Virus record (IMG/VR): IMGVR_UViG_3300010367_000050
Coordinates: 1-64,000 of that record
DNA: 64,000 nt
Direction: 5' to 3' (one strand)
Source: a virus
The position numbers and the translations under genes were made by a program. The notes beneath the pieces were generated by a model. The model ran no database searches. It saw only the letters and a program-made list of their open reading frames with translations, and had not been told where the DNA came from. Of this stretch, positions 9,813-19,314 are shown in pieces; position 1 is the stretch's first letter, and the number at the start of each line of letters is the position of its first letter.

Positions 9813-10100
9813 TTAGGTGGTCTTTTCTTCCTGTTCGTCAGCCTCTTCGGACTCAGGCACGGCAGGCTGTTCCATCTGTTCGCGATCTGCGGCTGTCGCC
9901 ACGTCACCAAGGTCAGTGATAAACTTAGGGAACTTGGACAGGGCGGATTGAATGGAGCCGTTGATTGCTGTAGCCAACTCCGGACTGATCTGTTGTCCGT
10001 TTGACAATTGAGCGCGCAGGGTGGCAATATCGCCGCTTACACGAGCCAACTCAGAGGATGCCTCGGTACACACACTGATTACTTTCTGTACATTTGCCAT
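9813..10100 (-). CDS. hypothetical protein, acidic C-terminus
   Basis: 95 aa, AAGGA upstream, operon orientation. Confidence 0.7.
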   Translation of the reverse strand: MANVQKVISVCTEASSELARVSGDIATLRAQLSNGQQISPELATAINGSIQSALSKFPKFITDLGDVATAADREQMEQPAVPESEEADEQEEKTT

Positions 10101-10105
10101 GGAAT

Positions 10106-11095
10106 TTATCCTTTCAATCTGTTGAACGTTTTGCTTCCCGGCTTGGCTTTCGCCGTGAACTTATTGCGAGGTCGCCCCGTTTCGTTCAAGGCCTTGAAGT
10201 ATTTGAAACACTCGCATAAACAATGCTCAATGTTTCGCAACGTTAGGTCTCTTCCGAGATACGCAATGGAATCAAACGGAAGATTTAGGCGCTTGAATTC
10301 TCTCTTCTGTATGAATCTTAGGACACGGATCATACCATCGCAATCGCCCGTAGGTAGACCCTCAAAGATGAATTTCAATCCTCGCTGGCATCCAGGTCCA
10401 GGGTTCACCCACTCATCCTCACTAAGATTGTTCCATTTGGCATAGGATATATCCACGGCGATCTCATACGCCAAGAACGGACCAATGCCAGGAAACTTGG
10501 TGAGAGCCTTGTGGATTACCTCCAGAGACTTAGCCTTCTTGATGATATTCATCAACGCGGGTAGACCCTTGAAGACACCCTTGAAAATGTATTCAAACCT
10601 CTCCAACTTGTCCTTGCCAGGGAAATGCTCATAGGCACACACCATATGGGCGTCTGTGTACAGGGGCTGGCCCTTCACCATGGCACAACGCCAAATATCA
10701 AAACATTCATAGTGTTTCCAGGACCACACTGGATTATCCGGAGTGCCAGACCTTGCGTAGATGTTCTGGTACCCTACAAGCTGGTAGGTGCTGATACGAT
10801 TGAACATCCTATATATGATGATGTTGAACACATCCTCCATCGGAGTACCTTTTCCAAGGATATTGTCAATCAAGAACAAGGTGCCACGGTCAAGTTCGCG
10901 GTACACGTTGGTGAACTTGTACTCCTTGAGAATAGGATCATCTGTCCACGGCGCAGGCTGCTCAAGCTTGAACCTCTTGTACCAAATCATATGGCGTTGG
11001 AAGATGAATTTCCAAAACAAGTCCAGGTTCTTTTGGTTTACAACAACGCCCTTATCAGCCAAGGCCTGAGCAATAACATTCGTGAGAGTCGCCAT
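10106..11095 (-). CDS. aGPT-Pplase1 / 5-hmdU DNA kinase helical-domain family protein
   Basis: PWTDDPILKEYKFTNVYRELDRGT, YRMFN, GIGPFLAYEIAVD, GPGCQRGL, IEHCLCECFKY. Confidence 0.85.
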   Translation of the reverse strand: MATLTNVIAQALADKGVVVNQKNLDLFWKFIFQRHMIWYKRFKLEQPAPWTDDPILKEYKFTNVYRELDRGTLFLIDNILGKGTPMEDVFNIIIYRMFNRISTYQLVGYQNIYARSGTPDNPVWSWKHYECFDIWRCAMVKGQPLYTDAHMVCAYEHFPGKDKLERFEYIFKGVFKGLPALMNIIKKAKSLEVIHKALTKFPGIGPFLAYEIAVDISYAKWNNLSEDEWVNPGPGCQRGLKFIFEGLPTGDCDGMIRVLRFIQKREFKRLNLPFDSIAYLGRDLTLRNIEHCLCECFKYFKALNETGRPRNKFTAKAKPGSKTFNRLKG

Positions 11096-11781
11096 CAGAA
11101 CAATCCTTTCAGTTCAGGATACAGTTCCAGGAACTTCTGGAACACTTCCTGTTTCGATCCAGTAGTATCAAGGACTGTACAAGGCACGAGTCCTTCATCC
11201 AGGTAGTGCTGTAGATGTTTGGCTGAGTTTTGATACTTCTGCCTCACCATCTCCTCGTTGATGGACTTACCGCCGTTGCGACTCTGGATACGACGCAGGC
11301 ATTCCTTGAACTTGGTGCCCATGAAACAAAAACTCAACTCTCTGGTGTGTATAGCTCGGAATTCCAACATAATCCTGTAGAAGGTCTCGCGGATGTCTCC
11401 AACAATCACGCCCTCGTACAGAATGTGCACATCCTTTCTCCACAGGTGTTTCAACACATCCTTTACAACCTGAGTGTTTCCGAGAGAATCACACCCGCCA
11501 CAATTGGTGAGATAGGTTCCAATCAAAGCTGTGTTGAACTTGCGGCAATATACTCCAACTGGCTTGACATCATTCTTAGACATAGTCAGGAACGTCCAGG
11601 ACTGATCATTATCGATCATCTGCATAGGGACAGTAGACTTACCGCTACCGTTAGTACCCTTCAGATTGATAGCCAGCCTGTGGTAGGTCGAGGCTTTGTC
11701 CAAGTCTTGAATACGCTTGACCTTTCGCAGATCATACTGCTGGAGCCACCCTTCGCTGTCTCTACTGCTTGATCTTCGCAT
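11095..11781 (-). CDS. P-loop nucleotide kinase, 5-hmU DNA kinase-associated type
   Basis: INLKGTNGSGKST Walker A, IGTY...CGGCD, LYEGV, CLRRIQSRNG. Confidence 0.8.
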   Translation of the reverse strand: MRRSSSRDSEGWLQQYDLRKVKRIQDLDKASTYHRLAINLKGTNGSGKSTVPMQMIDNDQSWTFLTMSKNDVKPVGVYCRKFNTALIGTYLTNCGGCDSLGNTQVVKDVLKHLWRKDVHILYEGVIVGDIRETFYRIMLEFRAIHTRELSFCFMGTKFKECLRRIQSRNGGKSINEEMVRQKYQNSAKHLQHYLDEGLVPCTVLDTTGSKQEVFQKFLELYPELKGLF

Positions 11782-13693
11782 CTGTGATCTCCGTCTTGGG
11801 TAGCAGTCCGCGCTTGATCATAGGCCATGTACCAATCATGTGACCTGTTTCAATCAAAGTCTTTCTCCATTTGGCAACCACTTTCAACCTCTGCGGTGAG
11901 GCGTACTCTCCAAGGTACTCCCACGGCATAGTCTCCCGCCGGAATTGCCATAGCACCTTCCAGTCAACTCCGCTTGCTATTTCTTCATTCTCCATCTGCA
12001 GAATCTCGTCTGCCATGCGGTCCAGGTAGTATCCCAGGTACCGCCCATTGGCGAAGAAACCCTTGTAAGCGCACAAGCAGGATTCCATAAACCAGTGATC
12101 AACCTTGACGCTTGGATACTCATGCCTCAACTCGGCCATCAAACAATCGAGCTCAGCTTCCAGGTAGCTCCAATGTTGTTTCTGTAAGGTAGCCTTTGCC
12201 CAATCTGGTTTCTCCAACACGTAGCATAGTCCTGCCCGTGGAGAGCTTGCCTCTTTGAGAAACACGGTATCGGCCTCCATCGGTAAGCCCATACACCGGG
12301 CTAGGCACTCCGTGTATATGTAAACCGAGTACCTTCCAAAGCGCAACAATTTCGTGAGGGCTTGTGTTACTTGATGGAAGTTCTGGACGGGAGTTCCCTT
12401 CAACATTCGGCCAAAGAATTCGTCTTGAGACGTGGGGGTTTGCGATCCAATCAGGTCTATGTAGCTCTTGACCATCTGAACAAAGTGGCCTTTCTCATAC
12501 TTGCGATCTTTGTTGTACCGTAGCTGCCTCCAGTTTTGATCGTGCCATCGCTGGAGCCGTCCCAGGTCCACCTTCTCAAACTCAGGGAACTCTTGCATTA
12601 CATAGAACACTGTGCCAGGGTGATAGAATACACCATACAAGAAGCAAGCCCAGTATTCTTGAGACTTGGACAACTCGTACCGTTGGAACAAGTAGTTCAT
12701 CAGCGGGTAGTTGGGATCAATCTCCCATGATCGAATAGCTGCAGCTGAATATCTCTTGAAGGATTCGCGCTTGTTTTTCCGGTGGTCTCCGGCCTTAGCT
12801 TCCGGGTTGTCGAGGTTCAAATCGGAGCCTCTCAACGTAATCTCAGAGTTATTGAGAAACGCTCGGTCGATAAGCTTAGGACGGAAAAACGTCACGTCTG
12901 GAGCGTGGGGCACATCAAACGTGTAAGCGCCATTCTCCGCTTCATAATTGAGCTGCCCCAGCTTACAGATCGTGTACGGGTCCAATTTACCCCACGCCGC
13001 AGCCTCGTGTAAACTCTTCCATTTCATCTTACTGAACGCACGAGACAATATGTCTTCCGTGGATCCAAACCCGTGCATCCCATAGTTGGGAACTTCAAAC
13101 ACCCATAGCGGTCGAATATGATCCCGTGTTAGCAAGATATCGCCGTTGGATTGTAGCAAAGCCAAGGCAAATATGGGAGTATCCACTTTGTACAAGGTAC
13201 GCAGAGCAGCAGCTAACACATCCTCTGGCTCATACTCGTCATTGCCAGAGGAATACAACTTGTCCCAAATCTTCTCCATTTTGGCAAGGATGACCTCACT
13301 GTCATTCTCTGTCTTAGTCTGTACCTTATACAATTTCTGGAACTCATCCTTGGTAGCCATAGACACTAGCCCGTTGTGAGCCAATGACATAGTGCCGTAC
13401 GTGATGGGCTGGTTGTTCCAGTTATTGGAGGCATCACCGCTGGTGGAGTACCGGCAATGAGCTATCATAGACGTGGGCCGTTCATCCTTGATCTGCTTCC
13501 ACTTATCTGACTTGATAAAATCTTCAGCGGGCATGGGAGCTTTAGCAGCTACAACCTTTGTACCGCGTACCCACGAGACTCCCGTGGCGTGCTTGCCCCT
13601 GATCTGGCTCTGTACCAGCAGGTGCTCGAATACTTCAAACGCTTTGTCCAGATTACCGCCTGGGGCTAACTTGAAACCAGCTATTCCACACAT
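11762..13693 (-). CDS. fusion of class II (Ntn) glutamine amidotransferase and amino acid:DNA transferase (aGPT-Pplase2-like)
   Basis: True start MCGIAGF at 13693 with GGGAGAG RBS. RGKHATG, AHCRYST, NNQP, HNG, DSEV, RDHIRPL = GATase II. C-half DPNYP..WACFLYGVFY..FGRYSVYIYTECL..ESCLCAYK..YLGYYLDR = HhH-derived DNA transferase. Confidence 0.85.
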   Translation of the reverse strand: MCGIAGFKLAPGGNLDKAFEVFEHLLVQSQIRGKHATGVSWVRGTKVVAAKAPMPAEDFIKSDKWKQIKDERPTSMIAHCRYSTSGDASNNWNNQPITYGTMSLAHNGLVSMATKDEFQKLYKVQTKTENDSEVILAKMEKIWDKLYSSGNDEYEPEDVLAAALRTLYKVDTPIFALALLQSNGDILLTRDHIRPLWVFEVPNYGMHGFGSTEDILSRAFSKMKWKSLHEAAAWGKLDPYTICKLGQLNYEAENGAYTFDVPHAPDVTFFRPKLIDRAFLNNSEITLRGSDLNLDNPEAKAGDHRKNKRESFKRYSAAAIRSWEIDPNYPLMNYLFQRYELSKSQEYWACFLYGVFYHPGTVFYVMQEFPEFEKVDLGRLQRWHDQNWRQLRYNKDRKYEKGHFVQMVKSYIDLIGSQTPTSQDEFFGRMLKGTPVQNFHQVTQALTKLLRFGRYSVYIYTECLARCMGLPMEADTVFLKEASSPRAGLCYVLEKPDWAKATLQKQHWSYLEAELDCLMAELRHEYPSVKVDHWFMESCLCAYKGFFANGRYLGYYLDRMADEILQMENEEIASGVDWKVLWQFRRETMPWEYLGEYASPQRLKVVAKWRKTLIETGHMIGTWPMIKRGLLPKTEITDAKIKQ

Positions 13694-13710
13694 GCTCTCT
13701 CCCAAATAGC

Positions 13711-13741
13711 AAAAGTGGGGAGCCTGTTTTGGTCTCCCCAC
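13711..13741 (-). terminator. Rho-independent terminator
   Basis: minus strand GTGGGGAGACC-AAAACA-GGCTCCCCAC-TTTT. Confidence 0.7.
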
Positions 13742-13774
13742 TTCACTCACGACTTCCTGCCGGCGCGAATCGAA

Positions 13775-14785
13775 CTACTTGCCGCCCAGGGCCTTCTTGA
13801 CTTCCATCACGCGCCGCATGTGGTCGATTCGGGCATCGCCCTTCTCTTCCACCTTCAGCTTGAGCTGCTTGGTGAACTTCGCCGAAACCTTGTACTTGTC
13901 TTCGCCCTTCACAGCGTCCAGAGCGTCCTGGAACTCCTGCTGCTTGGCATTGAGCTTCGGCTTTTCCTTCTTGGGCTTCTCGGCCTTGGCCGGAGCAGCG
14001 GTCTCCTTGGTCTTACCCGCAGACTTCTTGGACTTGGGAGCTTCCTCCTCTTCCTCATCCTCATCTTCTGCGTCGTCCTCGGTCTCCTCAGCCTCTTCTT
14101 CGTCGGCCTCAAGCTCCTCGTCTTCGCCCTCGGTCTCCTCGTCAAGCTCCAGTTCGTCGTCAATCTCTTCGGGTTCCGGCTTGCTCTTTGCTTTCGCCAT
14201 GTCGACAGTCTCCTTGGTTTTCACCTTTTGGTTCGTCGTGTTCACGGTCACGATACGAAGTTTGCCGTTGTACACAATGAGCGATACCTTGTCACCGGAA
14301 GTCAAGGCTTTGGCTATTTGCCCGCTCTTGCGCGTAATAACATCAGACACCGTGTCGGGATTGTCCTTAGACACCTTGTACGATGGCTTGATCTGGACCA
14401 AGCTAACAGCACCATCACTGTTACCTGAATTCCTTGAACCGCACTTACTGCGGCACAAAACTCTGTCGAGACACGCCGCACACTCTTCCGTGGTCTTGTC
14501 GTAGAATTTTCCAAAACAACCCGGAATAACTGACGTGCCTGGCATATGTGCTCCTAAAATCTGTGCAATCTTGAAGCCCTCCGCAGCTTTGTGCGTGTGA
14601 ATCCAACGCATCAACACAATTGAAGGCTTCCTTGGAATCCCTTTCGACAGCATGCTATCAATCACGCTGTCTAACTGCTTGGAGTCCATATTGTCATGGG
14701 CAATTCCGCCTAACTCATAGACAATCCCACGAAGCACGAATGATCGTTGCGCTTCTACTTGGATGTCCGATACCGGCTGTCCCAT
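13775..14785 (-). CDS. hypothetical protein with Cys-cluster N-domain and acidic/Lys-rich C-domain
   Basis: GCFG...ECAACLDRVLC motif; E/D-rich then K-rich tail; probable internal start at 14200. Confidence 0.7.
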   Translation of the reverse strand: MGQPVSDIQVEAQRSFVLRGIVYELGGIAHDNMDSKQLDSVIDSMLSKGIPRKPSIVLMRWIHTHKAAEGFKIAQILGAHMPGTSVIPGCFGKFYDKTTEECAACLDRVLCRSKCGSRNSGNSDGAVSLVQIKPSYKVSKDNPDTVSDVITRKSGQIAKALTSGDKVSLIVYNGKLRIVTVNTTNQKVKTKETVDMAKAKSKPEPEEIDDELELDEETEGEDEELEADEEEAEETEDDAEDEDEEEEEAPKSKKSAGKTKETAAPAKAEKPKKEKPKLNAKQQEFQDALDAVKGEDKYKVSAKFTKQLKLKVEEKGDARIDHMRRVMEVKKALGGK

Positions 14786-15354
14786 GCTAACTGTAACTCC
14801 TTCATTACCCTTTTGGTCTTACTCGGTGTAAATCCCAAAACTTGTCCCACCAACTTGTGGGTTATCTTCTGTGGAATCCTGACGGTCATGCCCTGCGACC
14901 GTAAGTGTTCCCGTCTCATCCGCTGTATGTTGTGAAGGTGGTACACTGCGGGCGTTGGATTCAATAACAACTCCAACATGTTTACAGCATCACTACTCAA
15001 CCCTTCAACAAAAGCGTCTCTACAATGATCCGAGTATAAATCGAGGAACGCATCATAACCCCTCACCTCGGTAACTTTTTCTACATCAACCTCTACATCA
15101 ATTACAGCAATCTCTGCCCTGCTCTCCCGGTACATGTCTCTGAACATATTGTACAAAGATGTCCGAAAGATAGCATCAAGTACCACACCAGTTTTGTCTT
15201 TGTATCTAGCCGATGTGTAAATCTCGTAAAGCTTGATTACCCCTTCTTGAAACAGGTCATCGGCCTCTTGACCGTGTATGCTGACCTTGAACTTGTGAGC
15301 CATGTACCAGATATGTTTTTCGAGTCTCTTCAGTGCTACATCAAACCCGGTCAC
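14755..15354 (-). CDS. phage RNA polymerase sigma factor (sigma70/ECF-like)
   Basis: Region 2 EADDLFQEGVIKLYE...FRTSLYNMFRDMYR; C-terminal HTH ITHKLVGQVLGFTPSKTKR. Confidence 0.75.
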   Translation of the reverse strand: MTGFDVALKRLEKHIWYMAHKFKVSIHGQEADDLFQEGVIKLYEIYTSARYKDKTGVVLDAIFRTSLYNMFRDMYRESRAEIAVIDVEVDVEKVTEVRGYDAFLDLYSDHCRDAFVEGLSSDAVNMLELLLNPTPAVYHLHNIQRMRREHLRSQGMTVRIPQKITHKLVGQVLGFTPSKTKRVMKELQLAWDSRYRTSK

Positions 15355-15386
15355 CGGCTCTCTCCATCTCCTCTTGCAACTCCCTT

Positions 15387-15415
15387 AGTATCTCCGTGTT
15401 GCACCTGCAAGTAAA
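15387..15415 (-). promoter_or_regulatory. sigma70-type promoter upstream of the sigma gene
   Basis: TTTACT-N17-GATACT. Confidence 0.55.
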
Positions 15416-15451
15416 GCCCTCTTGGGCCATTGGGAGAAAGAAATCGCTCAA

Positions 15452-16450
15452 CTACAAATTAGTTGCACGTTTTCGTCGGACTACGACATTGTGTTCTAAG
15501 CAATAACGTATGTGCGCCTCTTTGGAATAGGTAATGGCGTTTCTGAATGATTCGTTTAGGACTTTCTTGGTTACTTCGTTTGGGTCTCCCGTGGTCAGGA
15601 AGCTTAGCAGGGTTGTCTTATACGCACTCAGCTGCTCCGCTATCTCCCAAGTGAATCTCTCCGCACCTGGGTCCAATAGCACTACAAATATGGATGCGTC
15701 AAGTTGAACCAGCTTGGACAATTGTCTCGCACTGAGGCGCTGCCCATTGATCCCAACAGCCTGGGCTCCCACTCCAAGTGCGCTGCCCCACGACTCCGTA
15801 ATGACAACCAAAGGTAATGTCTCCACTCCGTCGTAATTGAAAATGACTTCGGACTTTCCATTAGGGAAATCATCCATGGGAGGATTGAGAATCTTTTTCT
15901 TCGGGTCGGCAGTTCCTGTAAAGTCACGGGCTTGCCAATATACCAATCGACCTTCTTCAAACGTGGGTACGATGATTCTGTTCGCATATCGGCCTGTAGC
16001 ACAATAGCCAAACTCCATTCGCATAAGCATCTCGATATCAAACCCTCGACCTTCAAGGTATTTGATGGCTTTCTTGCCGACAACAGAGTTGCGTCCGTCC
16101 CTGAGTGATCTATACTCATCTGGAAAATTGACCTCCTTCAATTGCTTCTCAAGCTGGCCCCCACCTAACAATGCCTCAATTACAGAATCTCTGAATCCAA
16201 CACGATGACGCTCTTCAGCCCTGAAGTCAGCCAGGAACTGTTCGATTGACTGAAGTGGAATCCCGGCTAGGTGTCTAGCTATGTCTTGAACCCTAACAGT
16301 GCGTTCACACTTGACACACCAACCAACGGCTTTGTCTGTGTTGAAGTAAATCTTGTCTTGATCACAAACCCAACAATGGACTATGTACTCGCTCCCTTTG
16401 GGAGTTTGTTTACCACCGACAGTACTGAGAAGTTCGGATAGCCCCTTCAT
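15452..16450 (-). CDS. DNA primase (Zn finger + TOPRIM)
   Basis: CWVC..WCVKC, YLEGRG, RIIVP, YWQAR, VITES, LLDPG. Confidence 0.88.
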   Translation of the reverse strand: MKGLSELLSTVGGKQTPKGSEYIVHCWVCDQDKIYFNTDKAVGWCVKCERTVRVQDIARHLAGIPLQSIEQFLADFRAEERHRVGFRDSVIEALLGGGQLEKQLKEVNFPDEYRSLRDGRNSVVGKKAIKYLEGRGFDIEMLMRMEFGYCATGRYANRIIVPTFEEGRLVYWQARDFTGTADPKKKILNPPMDDFPNGKSEVIFNYDGVETLPLVVITESWGSALGVGAQAVGINGQRLSARQLSKLVQLDASIFVVLLDPGAERFTWEIAEQLSAYKTTLLSFLTTGDPNEVTKKVLNESFRNAITYSKEAHIRYCLEHNVVVRRKRATNL

Positions 16451-17727
16451 CCCGGTAGGTATGTACTCCGCTCGAAGTCTGTGATCAGATCGAAACTGCC
16501 AAACTTTCTACCAACGCGGTTTTTTAGCCATACCAATCTGGCTTTGTCCTCTTCAGCTTCTTTCTTGGTCTGATTAATGGACGCTAGAGCGTCAGCAGTA
16601 GCCAGCTTGGTGAAATCTCCAGCGATGTCATCTCCCATGGCTGTCTCCTTATTGACACCGCCTCTGTTCGTCTGAGTGACTGTGGCTCCAGCCAGATTCA
16701 TGGAACCGCACAACCCACGTAGTTCCACACCTAACCAGGCCAACTGTTTGACCTCATCTTTGATGTGTGTAGGCATCTCTAGCAGGTCCAAATAATCCAG
16801 TAGAAGCAAGTCTACATCAAAGCCATCCCTGGCTTTTAGCAGCATCAAGTGAGCTCGCAAGCCAGAAATGGAAAGTTTGTGAGCCGGGAACTCCTTGATG
16901 TAGACATCTGCTCCAATGTTCTTCCGCAGATTCTTCATCCACTTGGACAGTTTCCGTTTGCCTTCTTCAGTCAATCCGGCTAGATCGTCATCTGTTTTAC
17001 CCAATAGGCATTGATCATACCGGCCTCTGGTAATGTTCATAGCCAATTCCAGAGTGATGTGAGCTACCCTCTTACCACGCTTGGCTGCACCAGTGCCTAT
17101 GTTTATGAGCCAATTGGTCTTACCGACGTTGGGAGCAGCCATGAATATAGCCAATTCGCGCTTGCCTAGTCCTCCACGCAAGGGTCCGTCGACACAATCG
17201 AATCCTGTTGGAACCACTACACGTGATTCCTCAATGGTCTGACGGGTGTCAGCATCGGCAAGGAGATATGTGCCCTTGCCATCCACTTCTGCTCCTATGG
17301 TCTGGGCTTTTTGAATGCGGGCTGTTACCTCGGAGAACTTGCCATTCTGAATGTCTTCAACAGATTCCAACAAGGCTTCTTTCATAGCCTCTCGTTGGCA
17401 AAACCCAATCAGAGTATCCTGGATGAACTCCATTTGCTCAGCAGCATCATCCTGGAGATCAGTGACAATGTCAAGCAGCAGATCGAAATCGTCAGCCGCG
17501 CTTTTCTTGTTGGACTTGTCAAAGTACGTATGGGCCTGGTCGTAGATAGCCATACGTGACGGGTGCTTTTGATACTTGCGATAGTGCTCCAGGATGAACC
17601 GGCAGAGATGTTGTTCACTTGGAGTCTCAAAATATCTTGGCTGAATCACACTCGAAGCCAAAACAGAGAACTCCGTGCTAACCATCATCAACGAGAGCAC
17701 GTGATGTCTAAATGCGTCAGTTTTCAT
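16447..17727 (-). CDS. replicative DnaB-like helicase (T4 gp41 type)
   Basis: AAPNVGKT, ITLEL, LLDYLDLL, TQTNR, KNRVG. Confidence 0.92.
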   Translation of the reverse strand: MKTDAFRHHVLSLMMVSTEFSVLASSVIQPRYFETPSEQHLCRFILEHYRKYQKHPSRMAIYDQAHTYFDKSNKKSAADDFDLLLDIVTDLQDDAAEQMEFIQDTLIGFCQREAMKEALLESVEDIQNGKFSEVTARIQKAQTIGAEVDGKGTYLLADADTRQTIEESRVVVPTGFDCVDGPLRGGLGKRELAIFMAAPNVGKTNWLINIGTGAAKRGKRVAHITLELAMNITRGRYDQCLLGKTDDDLAGLTEEGKRKLSKWMKNLRKNIGADVYIKEFPAHKLSISGLRAHLMLLKARDGFDVDLLLLDYLDLLEMPTHIKDEVKQLAWLGVELRGLCGSMNLAGATVTQTNRGGVNKETAMGDDIAGDFTKLATADALASINQTKKEAEEDKARLVWLKNRVGRKFGSFDLITDFERSTYLPG

Positions 17728-18487
17728 AGTCGTTCCACTTCAGTGGCCCATGTTCTGTGATAGCAATCATCAGGGCTTCCAGGCAAGCTCCCTGTATGAC
17801 TGAACTGCGGTTGAACCTCTTCAGCTGGTCTTGAATCCTGGGATTGTCAATGATTCCAGCCTCAACTAACTCTCTAAACTCCGGATAACACAACAAGTAC
17901 CAGGACTGAACTTGAGGATACAGGTACCACAGAGCCTCTGCCAGTGACGGCGTTTGAAGCTCTATCAACCTGTCCGACCACTTCAAGGCTTCCACGTGAC
18001 CCTTGGATACTCTGTTTCTCAGGTTGCGTTCCAATGAATTGGTTACAGCCTTCTTATCCTCCGTCCGGATAAACTTGCGTTCCTGTCTCTTCTCCCAATC
18101 CTCATATCGCTTCTGCGCCGACTCTCCGAAGCAATGATACAATGTGAAATACTGGATGCGGATACAATCAGCCTGCGCGAGCATCCATCTATCAATGTCA
18201 ATATTACTGGCAGTTATGTAATTCAATAGCGCCAATGCTGTAGGAGTGTACTTCCCGCCTACATAGTTTTCTGGAGTTTTGAACGGTGGAAGGTACCCAC
18301 GTTTCTTCTTGAGATACGCAATTTTATTGAATGACCTAGACACTAACCCGTAGTTGTGTGTAACACGGAGGGCATGTATGTAAGTGGTCCTGATGTCTTT
18401 GGGAATCTTAGATTTGCGAAGCTGTGACAAGTGCTTTAGTCGGATAGTCTGCTCTTTGCGAGCCTGGTTCCAGGGGTGCGGTGTCAC
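17717..18487 (-). CDS. hypothetical replication-associated protein (possible loader/initiator)
   Basis: 256 aa basic protein overlapping the helicase start; function inferred from position only. Confidence 0.55.
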   Translation of the reverse strand: MTPHPWNQARKEQTIRLKHLSQLRKSKIPKDIRTTYIHALRVTHNYGLVSRSFNKIAYLKKKRGYLPPFKTPENYVGGKYTPTALALLNYITASNIDIDRWMLAQADCIRIQYFTLYHCFGESAQKRYEDWEKRQERKFIRTEDKKAVTNSLERNLRNRVSKGHVEALKWSDRLIELQTPSLAEALWYLYPQVQSWYLLCYPEFRELVEAGIIDNPRIQDQLKRFNRSSVIQGACLEALMIAITEHGPLKWNDYEN

Positions 18488-18502
18488 TTCTTGCCTCTTG
18501 CT

Positions 18503-19078
18503 CTAAGTAACGGGTTGGGAGTCTAAAGAGACCGCTGCCACTTTCTCAATATACTTCCGGAGTGAGATTAGTTGGAAGAAAAGCCAATCATCAAAGGAAA
18601 GGTTGCTTCCAGACTCCTTGTACTCCAGTTCAATCTTCTTGACCCAGTGCTTGACTTCTTCAACCTCTGTAGGCTTGAACTTCATGGGATTCCGCTGTTG
18701 ATTCAAGCAGTCCATCGCTACACGAGCCCGCTTGTCCAAGAGTGTTTCCCACTCCCGTACGAGGTTGGACACCACAATACGCCGATCCAGGGTTGTGTTC
18801 AAGTCCAACCACTCCTGAACATAACCGGCGCTTTGGTCTTTGTGACACAGTTGAATGTCCACAGGCTGTAGAGGCTTGTTGTTAGTGTGAACAAACAGGA
18901 AGATATCACACTCACCCATCAGTCTCTCACGATCTTCGTCTGTGAGCTTCCAGCGTGTTGCCACGAGTCCAGCCGGGCTTCTGAGAGCAGGCAAGGGTGT
19001 GAACTCGGGTTGGTCTTCAGCATAGACAACTTCATACGGTTCAAGACCGGTGACGACAGGTGATACTGGATTTGGCAT
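18503..19078 (-). CDS. phage hypothetical protein
   Basis: Start MPNPVSP at 19078 with AAGGAG RBS; AEDQPEFTPLPA..TRWKLT motif. Confidence 0.7.
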   Translation of the reverse strand: MPNPVSPVVTGLEPYEVVYAEDQPEFTPLPALRSPAGLVATRWKLTDEDRERLMGECDIFLFVHTNNKPLQPVDIQLCHKDQSAGYVQEWLDLNTTLDRRIVVSNLVREWETLLDKRARVAMDCLNQQRNPMKFKPTEVEEVKHWVKKIELEYKESGSNLSFDDWLFFQLISLRKYIEKVAAVSLDSQPVT

Positions 19079-19314
19079 TTCATCTCCTTGTGAAGCAAGC
19101 CACGAAGTGGCGAAGCTTAGTGCGAAGCACACAGGCCCTATTTTTCATTTATGAAAAATAGAAACATATAAAACATATCCCTGTTATATAACCGGGGGCC
19201 AATAGTTTCCCGCGCCTAGGGCGCGTCCGAGGCGCGCGCGGCACTCAACCCCCAGTCAGTGTATTACGTGAGAATTCGATAATCGATCTATTACAGTACG
19301 ATAATCGGACGGCT

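Noticed and set aside
11762-13693. Gat-QueC / 7-deazaguanine modification system
   Set aside because: The C-terminal half has no QueC PP-loop (SGGxDS), and no DpdA, FolE, QueD or QueE is visible; the neighbours are hmU-pathway genes.
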